Below are positions 19,217 to 30,439 of a stretch of 47,611 nucleotides of DNA, piece after piece; within the stretch, counting starts at the first letter, position 1, and each line of letters starts with the position of its first letter. The notes beneath the pieces were generated by a model. That model made no database searches, was not told where the DNA came from, and saw only the letters and a list, made by a program, of their open reading frames with translations. Where the stretch lies: the sequence record NC_054649.1; one strand, written 5' to 3'. The translations under genes and the position numbers were made by a program. Source of the DNA: Escherichia phage vB_EcoS_swi2.

Positions 19217-20286
19217 TACACCGGAGTTTGCGTGCCGTAGCCGTTGAACACTTTGGACTTGCCAGTGAAATCCTTGCGCACCTGAAGCCCCATAGCTGAC
19301 CACACGAGGAAGTTGAAGTTATCGTGCGGGTTGACACGGGCTGCCGCATAGGTGGAAACAGGCTGGGCAACGCGCGGACGGATGTACATGTCGTTGCGAA
19401 CATAGCCAACAAAGTGGTTACCAGTCAGCAGGAAGTTGGTGCCAATCTTGCCAATGCGACCGTTGCCGAACTGCGTGATGTACTGCTCAACCGTGCCGCC
19501 TTTGAATCCTGCTGCATTAGAATACGGACGCATGAAGCTACGGCGCACTGCCGGGGAGACCCACAGAGTCACCTGCTCAAATACGTTCTGCGCATCCAGA
19601 ATAGCCTGGAAATCCTGATTGAAGAAGGTCACTATTTCGTCTGGTGTTGCAGTTTGCAGGTCGATATTCAGGCCGCCAGAAGCATTCAGGTTAACCTGAA
19701 CAGTGTTCGGGTGGTTGGTGATACCGTAGCCGGTGTAAACGCCGTTCACGTTCAGAGTCTGGTCGCCAGTCAGCAGGTATTGCGCCATATCGGAACGCAG
19801 GTTAAAGGTGACGTTGGCCTGATCGTCCAGCAGTGGGTAAAAACCTTCAGACTGCATACCAAGCAGTTCGCGCCATTCGCGGCTGTAGCCAGTCTTGAAG
19901 ATTGGAATCACATCGCCAGTGTAATCGTAGCGAGTTTTATCCAAATCTTCCGGCTCCTGACCAGACAGAGTGCGAACAACCTTGCCAGCATCAGAAGCAA
20001 TGCGGCTGATTGCCACAGTCTTACCAATGTTGATGTTTGCCGCGATACCCATCAGGTCAGCCATCATGTCCTGACCGGCTTCATTGCGGAAAACGCGGGT
20101 GGTAACGTTATCCACGTCGCGCCAGTAATCTTTCGTCACCAGTGCGGTGGCGTTAACTCCATAGGTTTTCGCCAGTTCAGCTTCTGCATTGCAGAACACC
20201 TTGCGGTCGATGGTGAGATGTTTCCACTGATCAGCCACCACTGCGGAGTTGGCTACCAGGTCTTTGGTAAAAATAATCTTTTCCAT
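19216..20286 (-). CDS. Major capsid protein
   Basis: 356 aa ORF in scaffold-decoration-capsid order; hairpin immediately downstream. Confidence 0.6.
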   Translation of the reverse strand: MEKIIFTKDLVANSAVVADQWKHLTIDRKVFCNAEAELAKTYGVNATALVTKDYWRDVDNVTTRVFRNEAGQDMMADLMGIAANINIGKTVAISRIASDAGKVVRTLSGQEPEDLDKTRYDYTGDVIPIFKTGYSREWRELLGMQSEGFYPLLDDQANVTFNLRSDMAQYLLTGDQTLNVNGVYTGYGITNHPNTVQVNLNASGGLNIDLQTATPDEIVTFFNQDFQAILDAQNVFEQVTLWVSPAVRRSFMRPYSNAAGFKGGTVEQYITQFGNGRIGKIGTNFLLTGNHFVGYVRNDMYIRPRVAQPVSTYAAARVNPHDNFNFLVWSAMGLQVRKDFTGKSKVFNGYGTQTPV

Positions 20287-20288
20287 TA

Positions 20289-22168
<1,880 letters not shown>

Positions 22169-22505
22169 GGTTAACTCTCCACGGTTAGTTTGTGGTCGAA
22201 TTATAACACAGGGAGATATAGCACCATGAGGCGGTAGCCAGCGCAAATAATGGCGAATTGGTGAGTGCGTATAGCGTGAGAAAGTAAGTGATAGGGATTA
22301 TGTTCATGGGCTACCTCCTGATTAAATGATAGCAGCCCATGATGAACAAAAGATATACGGAGTTAGTCTGAAATCACATCATCCATAAATGCAAGTGCAG
22401 CACCTGACAGGCAGAACAGAGCGCCATAGCAAATCATCTGGTACAGAGTGTCAGCCTCAAATACCCTTGCGAATGCGTAGGCTGATAATATCCAAAGCAA
22501 TGGAA

Positions 22506-22694
22506 TCATGGTCTACCCCTGTTTTCTTTATATAGAGAATCGCAAATCTTACGGTACGCAATGCCAAAGAAGTCGTATTTCTCATTATATCGACCACCTA
22601 CCGCGCTAATTTGATTTGCTGCAATGGTGCTTGCTGCATTAATCAATGCAACCTGAACCTCAACAGGCAGTTCTGGAAATTTTGGCTCGCTCAT
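22506..22694 (-). CDS. Hypothetical protein
   Basis: 62 aa ORF. Confidence 0.3.
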   Translation of the reverse strand: MSEPKFPELPVEVQVALINAASTIAANQISAVGGRYNEKYDFFGIAYRKICDSLYKENRGRP

Positions 22695-23017
22695 AACCCA
22701 GCCTCCTGTTTTGCGCGGTGCACGTATGACATAAACTTGCCAATCGGCATTTCCTTGCGTATTTGCGCCAGAATAGCTCCGTGAATCATCCTTTCCTCGC
22801 CAAAATAAAGTTTATCCAGACGAGTTTTAATAAGTGCTCGCTTGCGCTTCATGTGGTCGCGCGCCTTAAGTGCTTTCTCATGCCAGACGCGGTCGTTCTT
22901 CTTATCCGCATATTGCAGTTGACGATCAACGGTTTCGATTTCAAACGCCAGTTGCACGTCATAATCTTCAAGCTGAATGATGTCTGCTTTCATAATGTCG
23001 TTTAGTTGGATAATCAT
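22691..23017 (-). CDS. Hypothetical protein
   Basis: 108 aa ORF with overlapping start/stop to neighbours. Confidence 0.4.
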   Translation of the reverse strand: MIIQLNDIMKADIIQLEDYDVQLAFEIETVDRQLQYADKKNDRVWHEKALKARDHMKRKRALIKTRLDKLYFGEERMIHGAILAQIRKEMPIGKFMSYVHRAKQEAGL

Positions 23018-23394
23018 TTTTTCACCTCTAATCCTGCTTGCTCAATTACCATTTCATATGCATCCATTGCGTCACCAAATCCATTGGAGTAATCAACCGT
23101 GTAGCCTTTATTTAATGCCGATCTTGAATCAATGAAATCAGGAGACTCAATCTCAACTTCAGCGCGCGATGCCTGCCATGCTTTCCATGCCCATGCAGTT
23201 GGCGAATACACATAATCACAGTCACCATAAACAAGGCTCATTCCGTTCTCTTTGGCCCACCCTTCAAACTGCTTTCTGCTCGTCATCTTCATCTCCTCCA
23301 CTATCCAGCCCATCTTTCTACGGTTATTGGCAATAAACTTATCCGATGTTACAAAAAGAGTCCTGCCAGATTTATGATTAATAGCCCATCTCAT
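23014..23394 (-). CDS. Hypothetical protein
   Basis: 126 aa ORF. Confidence 0.4.
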   Translation of the reverse strand: MRWAINHKSGRTLFVTSDKFIANNRRKMGWIVEEMKMTSRKQFEGWAKENGMSLVYGDCDYVYSPTAWAWKAWQASRAEVEIESPDFIDSRSALNKGYTVDYSNGFGDAMDAYEMVIEQAGLEVKK

Positions 23395-23519
23395 TTAGTA
23401 CATCCTCAGCAAGTTTGCGGAACATAATTTGCACTCTTGCCACTTTGCGCCACTCAGCCTCGGTGAGAATCACATCCTCATGCTGCGGCATTCCCGACAT
23501 TTCGCATGGTGGCAATGGC

Positions 23520-24014
23520 TCATACTCTTGCTTCTTGCGTTTGGCTTTTCCCATGATGACCTCTTGCGCTGCGAAGAAGTGAATTAAACAGGTTGCTCAC
23601 ATTTACTTCCTGCTCCCGCCATGAGTAACGCCACAACTTCTTGTGGTGGTCATAACTTCTCGTCACATCGCCGTTGTGAAACATGATGCGGATGCGGCTT
23701 TTCACTATTCGGTAATCAATGCCAGTGGCTACGCTGATTTCTTTCACTTCCGCACCAGAGTTATCAAGCAAATGGCACTTAATCGCACCATCAATACCAG
23801 CGGAATCATCAGAGATAAAATATTTATACTGCCACTTCCCGCCGCGAATCACTGACTTCTCACGGCGAATAAAGCCAAGCGCAAGCATCTCATGTAAGCG
23901 ATGTGTTGTGGTGCTTGAATGCTTACCGCCGCAATGCTTTTCAATATATGCACGCGTTGCTCCTGGGTGATTCATAATCACGCGCATGATTTGTGATTTA
24001 TAATCCATAATCAC
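23520..24014 (-). CDS. Hypothetical protein, possibly winged-helix DNA-binding
   Basis: 164 aa ORF with two basic helix-rich segments; tentative. Confidence 0.35.
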   Translation of the reverse strand: MIMDYKSQIMRVIMNHPGATRAYIEKHCGGKHSSTTTHRLHEMLALGFIRREKSVIRGGKWQYKYFISDDSAGIDGAIKCHLLDNSGAEVKEISVATGIDYRIVKSRIRIMFHNGDVTRSYDHHKKLWRYSWREQEVNVSNLFNSLLRSARGHHGKSQTQEARV

Positions 24015-24249
24015 GCTCCTGTGCTGCCTGATTGAAGTCGTCGGCTGTGTAGAGGTGTCCGCCTCTTGTGTTCCATGACTTCACTGCTGATGCTTGGTGA
24101 GGCCACTCATCAGTACCACACCCACACTGCGAGCAAGCGACATAAAACGCTCCAGGACCATCGTTATCTATATACGCATGACTATCCCCACAAAACGGAC
24201 ACTCAAGCAGCATTTCATCATTCGTCATCGGCATATGTGGTGCGCTCAT
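23998..24249 (-). CDS. Lar-family restriction alleviation protein (putative anti-restriction)
   Basis: ECPFCG...C-x2-C zinc-ribbon signature typical of Lar-like proteins; GGAGA RBS before ATG 24249. Confidence 0.55.
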   Translation of the reverse strand: MSAPHMPMTNDEMLLECPFCGDSHAYIDNDGPGAFYVACSQCGCGTDEWPHQASAVKSWNTRGGHLYTADDFNQAAQERDYGL

Positions 24250-24440
24250 TTCAACCATTCTCCAAGATTATTAAATTTAGGTGCATCGCCAGACCAGTCG
24301 ATAACGTCTTTCTGCTGACTGCGCTTGCGTTGCAGGCGGTTTCGCACTTCCCGCAGCTCACATTCAAGCCATTCGCGAGTGCGTTCAACTTCATTCAGTC
24401 GCTTGATTAACGATTCCTCGTACAGCTCGTCATGCGCCAT
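24246..24440 (-). CDS. Small coiled-coil hypothetical protein
   Basis: 64 aa ORF overlapping downstream start. Confidence 0.35.
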   Translation of the reverse strand: MAHDELYEESLIKRLNEVERTREWLECELREVRNRLQRKRSQQKDVIDWSGDAPKFNNLGEWLK

Positions 24441-24500
24441 TTATAATTTCTCCCGTAGAATTTGATAACAACGTGCTCAACGCACAGATAACCTTCATCC

Positions 24501-24698
24501 TCAACCGTTACTGGTTGAACTATAAACCACCGCAGATATAAGTTCGTCAGCCTTTTCACGACCTGCAACCTCCGCTTCAAGCGCCAGTGAACACATGGCA
24601 GTTTCCACAAACTTAATGGTATCTTCGCGAACGTTAAGAATCTCCATAACCTCGCGAACTTCTTTCTGGTATCTCGCTGCTATTTCTTTGTATCGCAT
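24501..24698 (-). CDS. Hypothetical protein
   Basis: Internal ATG (MRYKEIAARYQ) preceded by AAAGGTGA RBS. Confidence 0.4.
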   Translation of the reverse strand: MRYKEIAARYQKEVREVMEILNVREDTIKFVETAMCSLALEAEVAGREKADELISAVVYSSTSNG

Positions 24699-24735
24699 TT
24701 CCACATCACCTTTTCCGTTGTGGTACAATCTACGT

Positions 24736-24773
24736 CAATAAGTATTGACTAAGTGATGTAGAAACGTCAAGAT
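24736..24773 (+). promoter_or_regulatory. Promoter-like region with conserved GTGATGTAGAAA motif
   Basis: TTGACT 24745-24750 and GTGATGTAGAAAC 24753-24765; exact -35/-10 assignment ambiguous. Confidence 0.35.
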
Positions 24774-24797
24774 GTTTTTCGAGAAGGAGTAGTAAAT

Positions 24798-24992
24798 ATG
24801 CCAAGACCACGACGCGAGCCGATGGACATTATCACCAGCATTGTTGAGAAGCGGCAGCCGCTGACACTCCGTGATGTTCGCTACTTTGCCCGTTGCTATG
24901 TGGCGCTGGCTGATATGCCAAAGGATGATATGTACCAGATGATTCGTGAGAATTTTAATGTTGATGAAAATAACCGGGTGACGATGAAATGA
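24798..24992 (+). CDS. Hypothetical protein
   Basis: 64 aa ORF with GAAGGAG RBS. Confidence 0.4.
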   Translation: MPRPRREPMDIITSIVEKRQPLTLRDVRYFARCYVALADMPKDDMYQMIRENFNVDENNRVTMK

Positions 24993-25480
24993 AAAAATGG
25001 AAATATCTGAAAGGTTATGAGGATGATTTTGTTGACCATGACACGGCTTGTCTTGTAGTTAAGTCAGGAAGTACTGGTGAGATTTTCTATCTAAGCATAG
25101 ATTACGCTGGTCGCATTGAAGTGATTGAGGGTTGCGGGGATGTTGTTATTGCATACCGCGAGCCAATTACCGACGAACAAGACCTCAACGATTGCATTGG
25201 AGCGCCGGAAGCTGACGCAACAGAGCAACTCATCACCGAACGCGGCAGTCGATACGGCAAATTCAAAGACGGCGCAGCCATCATGCAGGAGTTGAAATTC
25301 GTCATGCGCGAGGTTGACGGGTGGCATAACCTCACACCAAGCCAACGCGAGGCGCTCGACATGATTCAGCACAAGATTGGGCGTATTCTGAATGGTGACC
25401 CGACTTATGATGATAGCTGGAAAGACATTGCTGGCTATGCGACATTAATTGTTAATGAACTGAACGGAGAGATTAAATAA
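24989..25480 (+). CDS. Hypothetical protein
   Basis: 163 aa ORF, ATGA coupled. Confidence 0.45.
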   Translation: MKKWKYLKGYEDDFVDHDTACLVVKSGSTGEIFYLSIDYAGRIEVIEGCGDVVIAYREPITDEQDLNDCIGAPEADATEQLITERGSRYGKFKDGAAIMQELKFVMREVDGWHNLTPSQREALDMIQHKIGRILNGDPTYDDSWKDIAGYATLIVNELNGEIK

Positions 25481-25788
25481 TGTCATTCTGCGACATCACA
25501 ATCGCGCAACGAAACGCGAACTTTACCAATATTGCTGACACGTCCGCACAACTGGTGTCACTGAACAGCGACGGTAGCGCAGTGCTGAAAATCGGCACTG
25601 AAACAGCGCAATTCATCGTGCAGAATCTGTCACAGGCGAACGCAAAGCAGGTGCTGATTAGCACTGGTAGCGTTCTGTTTCTGGCTGGTAATTACAACGC
25701 ACCAAATCTTGAGTGCTCACTGGTGCGCATCGTCGAAACAACTGCGGAGGAGTCTGTTGATGATCCAACAACACTGCCAGCAGAGTGA
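25480..25788 (+). CDS. Hypothetical protein
   Basis: 102 aa ORF. Confidence 0.4.
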   Translation: MSFCDITIAQRNANFTNIADTSAQLVSLNSDGSAVLKIGTETAQFIVQNLSQANAKQVLISTGSVLFLAGNYNAPNLECSLVRIVETTAEESVDDPTTLPAE

Positions 25789-25915
25789 GCCACCAAAACC
25801 ATCAGCATGGTGCGAGAAAATGGAGCGCAATGCGAAAGATGGCGATGAAGCGTATGTTTATTTCCAGCTAAAGCAGATGTGGAAGCAACGAGAAAACTCA
25901 GAGCAAACCAATTAA
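25760..25915 (+). CDS. Small hypothetical protein
   Basis: ATG 25760 preceded by GGAG; followed by terminator. Confidence 0.3.
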   Translation: MIQQHCQQSEPPKPSAWCEKMERNAKDGDEAYVYFQLKQMWKQRENSEQTN

Positions 25916-25917
25916 AC

Positions 25918-25942
25918 ACAAGCCCCATTGCGGGGCTTTTTC
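25918..25942. terminator. Terminator hairpin
   Basis: agcccc attg cggggct followed by TTTTT. Confidence 0.6.
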
Positions 25943-26023
25943 ATCCCTTAAACTTTATCCAGCCGAACATCCTGACACCAAGCCACATAACGCCAGTTCT
26001 CAGTGATGAAACACCGCTATCCT

Positions 26024-26254
26024 TTAATGCCTGTCTGAATGGGTGGCATACAGATAGTCATGAACGGCTGCTGCTTTCTGACCAACATCACCAATAAAAG
26101 CGAACAGGTAAGGAAGCCGAGGAACACTGGCAAAATCAGTGCGAAATCCTGCTGGCACTTTTATTTCTTGATGCCTGAACTCATAGATTGGCGGCTCAAT
26201 CAGTGTCCACGTTGAGTCCTTGTTCAGCTTGACGATAAGATCGGATTTGAACAT
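26024..26254 (-). CDS. Hypothetical protein
   Basis: 76 aa ORF downstream of spanin genes. Confidence 0.4.
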   Translation of the reverse strand: MFKSDLIVKLNKDSTWTLIEPPIYEFRHQEIKVPAGFRTDFASVPRLPYLFAFIGDVGQKAAAVHDYLYATHSDRH

Positions 26255-26261
26255 TTATTTT

Positions 26262-26744
26262 TTATCTCCTTGTCAGTGATTCGTATTGCTTCTGGCATGC
26301 TAATCCCGCCTCTCTTGCTCTGTCAGCGTAATCTGCCAGTTGTCGATTTCTTTCGACAGATTCTGAGAGCAGCTGGGCAAGCAAAACTCCGGTTTCTGCG
26401 GCTGGATTGCCAATGGACTCAGCGGTGGAATATCCGACGAGTTGCTTGCGGATGTTTGCAAGTTGTTGCTGCAACCTGCCAGACTTAGCGGCAGCATTAA
26501 CAGCATCATTGCGCGCAGCATCAATCCTTTGCTGTGCGTTAGCCTGAATCTTTTGCAGTTCTGCATTGCGTCGTTGCTCCTCTTTTTCGTCTGCGGCCTT
26601 CTGTTCTGCAATTGCTTGAGCTTTGCCTTCTGCGTATCGCTGGTCGCCGTACTCTACAACCTCTCCGCGAATCCATAGCGCACCAGCAGCAACAATTATA
26701 ATAATTGCCAGTGGTTGCCAGTATTTAGCGAGAATTGACATCAT
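26262..26744 (-). CDS. i-spanin (Rz-like)
   Basis: N-terminal transmembrane segment then Ala/Gln-rich coiled-coil; downstream of endolysin and holin-like genes. Confidence 0.6.
   Translation of the reverse strand: MMSILAKYWQPLAIIIIVAAGALWIRGEVVEYGDQRYAEGKAQAIAEQKAADEKEEQRRNAELQKIQANAQQRIDAARNDAVNAAAKSGRLQQQLANIRKQLVGYSTAESIGNPAAETGVLLAQLLSESVERNRQLADYADRAREAGLACQKQYESLTRR
26300..26521 (-). CDS. o-spanin (Rz1-like) embedded in the Rz reading frame
   Basis: Alternate frame inside Rz; signal sequence MLRAMMLLMLPLSLAGC with lipobox Cys, Pro-rich mature part. Confidence 0.55.
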   Translation of the reverse strand: MLRAMMLLMLPLSLAGCSNNLQTSASNSSDIPPLSPLAIQPQKPEFCLPSCSQNLSKEIDNWQITLTEQERRD

Positions 26745-26964
26745 TGCGCAGCCTCCGGTTTTCCTTCCTCATGCCGTGCATTTTGCCGAGGATGCCAACC
26801 AGCATGATTGAGTAGCTCACCCCTTTAACCACGATTGGCGGCAGCGCTGCTTTCAGGTCGTCCGGCATCATTACCCACACATGCATCATTGCGTCAGGCC
26901 ATAGCTGCAATAGCGAACAGAATGAAATCCACGCGCCGAGCAGCCAGTTGCTTAGTTTTTTCAT
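26725..26964 (-). CDS. Holin-like small membrane protein
   Basis: 79 aa, two hydrophobic segments and charged C-terminus; ATGA overlap with endolysin stop. Confidence 0.5.
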   Translation of the reverse strand: MKKLSNWLLGAWISFCSLLQLWPDAMMHVWVMMPDDLKAALPPIVVKGVSYSIMLVGILGKMHGMRKENRRLRNDVNSR

Positions 26965-27428
26965 GCCACAACTCCGCCAGCCTCTTTGTATACCTGAATC
27001 AACTTATCCAGTTTCTGCTCATGCTGACCATATCCAGCACCGGGCAATGAAGCCCAACGTGAGCGGCATTTATGAATGGCATCAGCAATGCGGCCAGCCT
27101 CAACATCGGCGGTGGCTTTGCATTCGCGGATTAGCTGCATTGCAATAGCATCCTGCGATGCGGGGGAGAAGTCCGGTAAACGCAACTGCTTTTTGTACGC
27201 ATCATAAAATTTAGCCAGCACCTGATAGCGCCCAGCGGCAGTGGATTTGATGCCCAGCTTAGGCAGGCTAATCAGCTTGCGCGGGTGATCGGAATATTCG
27301 GTAAACAGTGAGCCACCTACAATCACATCATAGCCATGATTGTTGGTTTTCTGTCGCCCGTTATCCGTGCCCTCGCTGTACGCCAGCATATCCAGAAACG
27401 CCTTCATGTTTTTGCTAATATCCATACC
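26961..27428 (-). CDS. Endolysin, lambda R-like lytic transglycosylase
   Basis: MDISKNMKAFLDMLAYSEGTDNGRQKTNNHGYDVIVGG...AGRYQ closely matches lambda R along full length; start at internal Met of track ORF. Confidence 0.9.
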   Translation of the reverse strand, partial: GMDISKNMKAFLDMLAYSEGTDNGRQKTNNHGYDVIVGGSLFTEYSDHPRKLISLPKLGIKSTAAGRYQVLAKFYDAYKKQLRLPDFSPASQDAIAMQLIRECKATADVEAGRIADAIHKCRSRWASLPGAGYGQHEQKLDKLIQVYKEAGGVVA

Positions 27429-27693
27429 AGTAAACCTCTTTTTCAGCTTTACGTTTTGCCTTGTCGCCAGTCTTCTCGCCCCACAAGATGAAATGAGCAA
27501 CGGCACACGAGAAGCAGCGTAGATTGTGCTTCTTCAGAAGCGTTGATTTGCGGAAAGTGTCAATGCCGATGTCGGTGGCGAGGCTTGTCAGGGCATCAAA
27601 CTGATTCTGCGTTGTCTCGGCGGTGATGTAAGGCGATATATCCACGGCATCGGTGACATCAAGCGCCTCCATGCCGCGTTGCGATAGTTCCAT
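27415..27693 (-). CDS. Hypothetical soluble protein at head of lysis operon
   Basis: 92 aa ORF with AGGAGG RBS 5 nt before ATG; no transmembrane segment. Confidence 0.45.
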   Translation of the reverse strand: MELSQRGMEALDVTDAVDISPYITAETTQNQFDALTSLATDIGIDTFRKSTLLKKHNLRCFSCAVAHFILWGEKTGDKAKRKAEKEVYWYGY

Positions 27694-27736
27694 TCTGCCT
27701 CCTGTTCAAATAATGATTAATTCTATCACAACGACT

Positions 27737-27765
27737 ATTGACGTAGATTGAGTGGTGGTGCATAG
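27737..27765 (+). promoter_or_regulatory. Sigma70-type promoter TTGACG-N17-CATAGT
   Basis: TTGACGTAGATT followed 11 nt later by CATAGT; same architecture as 15714..15742. Confidence 0.5.
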
Positions 27766-27798
27766 TATCTACATCAAATGGTGAGTGAGGTGGTGGAT

Positions 27799-28077
27799 AT
27801 GTGTGATTGCATGAACAAAATGGAAGAGTTACTGAAGGAAAGATTGATGGAGCGCGTGCCAAGCGGTTCGGAGGTGAGTTCTAATGTTTTTGACAAAACT
27901 GGTTGGGATAATCAATTCATTAGCCTTTCGTCAGGAAAGGTTTTTGTGATGCTCAAATACAGGCTAGCATACAGGGCAAGAAAGAAAAACGGAGAACTGG
28001 CTAAAAACTTAACAAGATTGGAGTCTAACGTAAAAATGTCATACTGCCCATTTTGTGGCGAGAAGCAGGTGGATTAA
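27799..28077 (+). CDS. Zinc-ribbon hypothetical protein
   Basis: CDC near N-terminus and CPFCG near C-terminus; GAGGTGGTGG RBS. Confidence 0.4.
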   Translation: MCDCMNKMEELLKERLMERVPSGSEVSSNVFDKTGWDNQFISLSSGKVFVMLKYRLAYRARKKNGELAKNLTRLESNVKMSYCPFCGEKQVD

Positions 28078-28079
28078 AC

Positions 28080-28223
28080 ATGGTAATGGTCAAATTCAAA
28101 GAAAACGGACGCTGCGGAGTATTCGGTCTTAAGCAAATCAAAATCCGTCCGTGCGGCAAGGTGATCGCGCCATTTGGTCTTGTGCAGATGCGTGAAGTTG
28201 AGATTGTTGAATATATCAAGTGA
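28080..28223 (+). CDS. Small hypothetical protein
   Basis: 47 aa ORF not in track, fills gap between flanking genes. Confidence 0.3.
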   Translation: MVMVKFKENGRCGVFGLKQIKIRPCGKVIAPFGLVQMREVEIVEYIK

Positions 28224-28231
28224 GGTTGGTG

Positions 28232-28525
28232 ATGGAAGAATTTAAAGGCACGCATGGCCCGTGGAATTACTGTGCTGATGAGCCGGATTGGGTTACAGAT
28301 AGCAATGACAATATAGCGGTAGCAAGGGTCACTCGTTACAACGCGGATGCGGAAGCTCAACATGCAAACGCAAAGCTGATAGCAGCATCTCCTGACCTGC
28401 TCTCAGCACTCCAGCAACTACTGGAAATCTACGACGATAACTCCGGAAAAGTCTGGACAACATCAAGCAAGCGTCGCGCTCTGGATAATGCGCGCGAGGC
28501 GGTTAATAAAGCGTTGGGAGAATAA
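28232..28525 (+). CDS. Hypothetical protein, paralog of 15785..16093
   Basis: Shared EFKGT-G-W and IAA-P-LL-AL-QL motifs. Confidence 0.5.
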   Translation: MEEFKGTHGPWNYCADEPDWVTDSNDNIAVARVTRYNADAEAQHANAKLIAASPDLLSALQQLLEIYDDNSGKVWTTSSKRRALDNAREAVNKALGE

Positions 28526-28748
28526 TTATGTGGCTTGTATTTAATATTGGATGAATCGAATGCGGTGTTTCATCAAATGTTGTTGCTGTTTATCCAACTG
28601 AACAGGAGGCTAATGCGGTGGCTAAAAAACTGAATGAGGTTCACTCATGGCGAGAAGGAGGCCAAAACTCGTATGAGGTATTTAAGCTGGGTGATCTGTA
28701 CGAGGTTGAGGGTGAATATAAAGAAATACTTTCTGATGGAGAAACAAA

Positions 28749-29399
28749 ATGAAACTTATTGACCTGTTAGTTAAAGAATTGCCTAAGCGTGGTGGGTGGC
28801 CTCAAAACTCGCTGTCAATTACTCAAGATAATGACGGTTCACTGTGCGTATGGGACACGAATGACCCACACTACGAAGGGTTCTCATGGAAACACCACAC
28901 TGGCAATAGTCTTATGCATTTCTGGTGCGAAGAAGCGGCCATGCCATTATCTTCCGACCACAAGGAGTCAATAGTAACCTACTGGCAATACAAAGCAGCA
29001 CTCGCCGCATCGCAAAAGCCAACATGGGACGGCGAAGGTCTTCCGCCAGTTGGTGCAAAAGTAGAATTCTTCATTAATCCAAAGTTCGGATACCGCAATG
29101 CCTGGATTCCTGATGCTGGCACTGAAATGGAAGTTGTAGCGCACAAAACAACAACTGACGGGAACGATGTTGCTGTTTGCTATTGGGATGATGGTGGCGC
29201 TGGTCGGTCATGCTGCTTCATACCGGAAAGCCTAAAACCACTACGCACAGAAGCAGAAAGGAGGCGCGACGCATTTATAAATGCAGTTCTTGATGGTATG
29301 CGCGTAATCCCTTGTGATTTGTCGTTGCGTGATGAGGTTGCTGTTATTTACGACGCCATCGCAGCAGGAAAAATTCCCGGCGTGAAACTGGATGATTAA
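28749..29399 (+). CDS. Hypothetical protein
   Basis: 216 aa ORF followed by terminator. Confidence 0.45.
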   Translation: MKLIDLLVKELPKRGGWPQNSLSITQDNDGSLCVWDTNDPHYEGFSWKHHTGNSLMHFWCEEAAMPLSSDHKESIVTYWQYKAALAASQKPTWDGEGLPPVGAKVEFFINPKFGYRNAWIPDAGTEMEVVAHKTTTDGNDVAVCYWDDGGAGRSCCFIPESLKPLRTEAERRRDAFINAVLDGMRVIPCDLSLRDEVAVIYDAIAAGKIPGVKLDD

Positions 29400-29477
29400 A
29401 ACAATATTCAGCGTCGTAGAGATATTGTGCTATGCGATAATAATATTTGTTCTGTGCATGCTGATAAGATAAAGCAA

Positions 29478-29503
29478 AGCCCTCACTTAGAGGGCTTTTT
29501 GTT
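29478..29503. terminator. Bidirectional terminator hairpin
   Basis: agccctc actta gagggct followed by TTTTT. Confidence 0.55.
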
Positions 29504-30439
29504 TGCTGATTGCCACGCTTCTCGCTGCTTATCAAGCCTTTCCTGCGACGATTCCAGAATAACTGGCTTGCCATCCATTAATAACGCAGGGGTTTGTGCA
29601 CAATGGCAATTATATCTATTGCCATTCTCGCTATAAAACGTGTCAATCTCTTCTGGCGTGTAAAACCGTCCGTGACGAGCGGCGTGCGTCTGGCGAGTTG
29701 TACGCATTAATGCAGACTGCCACAGCATCACCGTCTCAATGCCTAATTCTTCGCGCGCCTCAATGACCTCTCGCCTGTTTGCCTGCCGAAGTGTTCCGGT
29801 GATTTCTGTCTGCGCAATCTGTTTTGCGTAGCTGTGGGAAACGTCAACTCGCTTAACAATGTCAGCTTCAACATCGCGAGGATTAGCGCCACGGGCAATG
29901 CCTTCCATAATGACAGACGCCAGTTGCTGACGGGAATAATCACTCAATCCGCGCCAGTCTGAGTAACCTTGCGTATAAGCCAGTTGCAGTCGATTCAGAT
30001 AAGGCTCACTGTAGAGTATCGCGGAAATCGGCCTTTGCTCGGCGTAAACCGGAGACAGGCTTGACAGTTCAGAGTTGGCCTTCTGCGTGCCTGCTTGATA
30101 CGCATCACCGATGAATACATTGGCCCACATCCTGCCGTGATCAAGATCATCACCTTCAAGAAGAATCTCGTCAATAAGTGCCTGCAACTCATCCATGAAA
30201 GTGGCAGCCCGCGCACTGCTGAAATCGTAGAAATACAGACCGCTTGATTCTGCGTTGGTCTGACCGTTCGGAATGGTGCGAAACAGCTCAAGTGCACGAG
30301 TCCTGAGCTGTTTGTATTTGCGCGTTATCACCTTATCCATCTTCGACAGGCGGGTTGCAGCGCCTAACGGGTCGGTCAGACTCTGCGATATGCGCGGTTG
30401 TGGTAGTCTTGCGTTAAACCGGAGTATCTTCATTTTCAT
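29483..30439 (-). CDS. Putative head morphogenesis protein
   Basis: Immediately downstream of portal gene and overlapping its 3-prime end; start at MKMK. Confidence 0.45.
   Translation of the reverse strand: MKMKILRFNARLPQPRISQSLTDPLGAATRLSKMDKVITRKYKQLRTRALELFRTIPNGQTNAESSGLYFYDFSSARAATFMDELQALIDEILLEGDDLDHGRMWANVFIGDAYQAGTQKANSELSSLSPVYAEQRPISAILYSEPYLNRLQLAYTQGYSDWRGLSDYSRQQLASVIMEGIARGANPRDVEADIVKRVDVSHSYAKQIAQTEITGTLRQANRREVIEAREELGIETVMLWQSALMRTTRQTHAARHGRFYTPEEIDTFYSENGNRYNCHCAQTPALLMDGKPVILESSQERLDKQREAWQSANKKPSK

Noticed and set aside
27415-27693. Holin assignment for the gene upstream of the endolysin
   Set aside because: No transmembrane segment is evident in the 92 aa product; the holin role is more plausibly filled by the 79 aa two-helix protein at 26725..26964.
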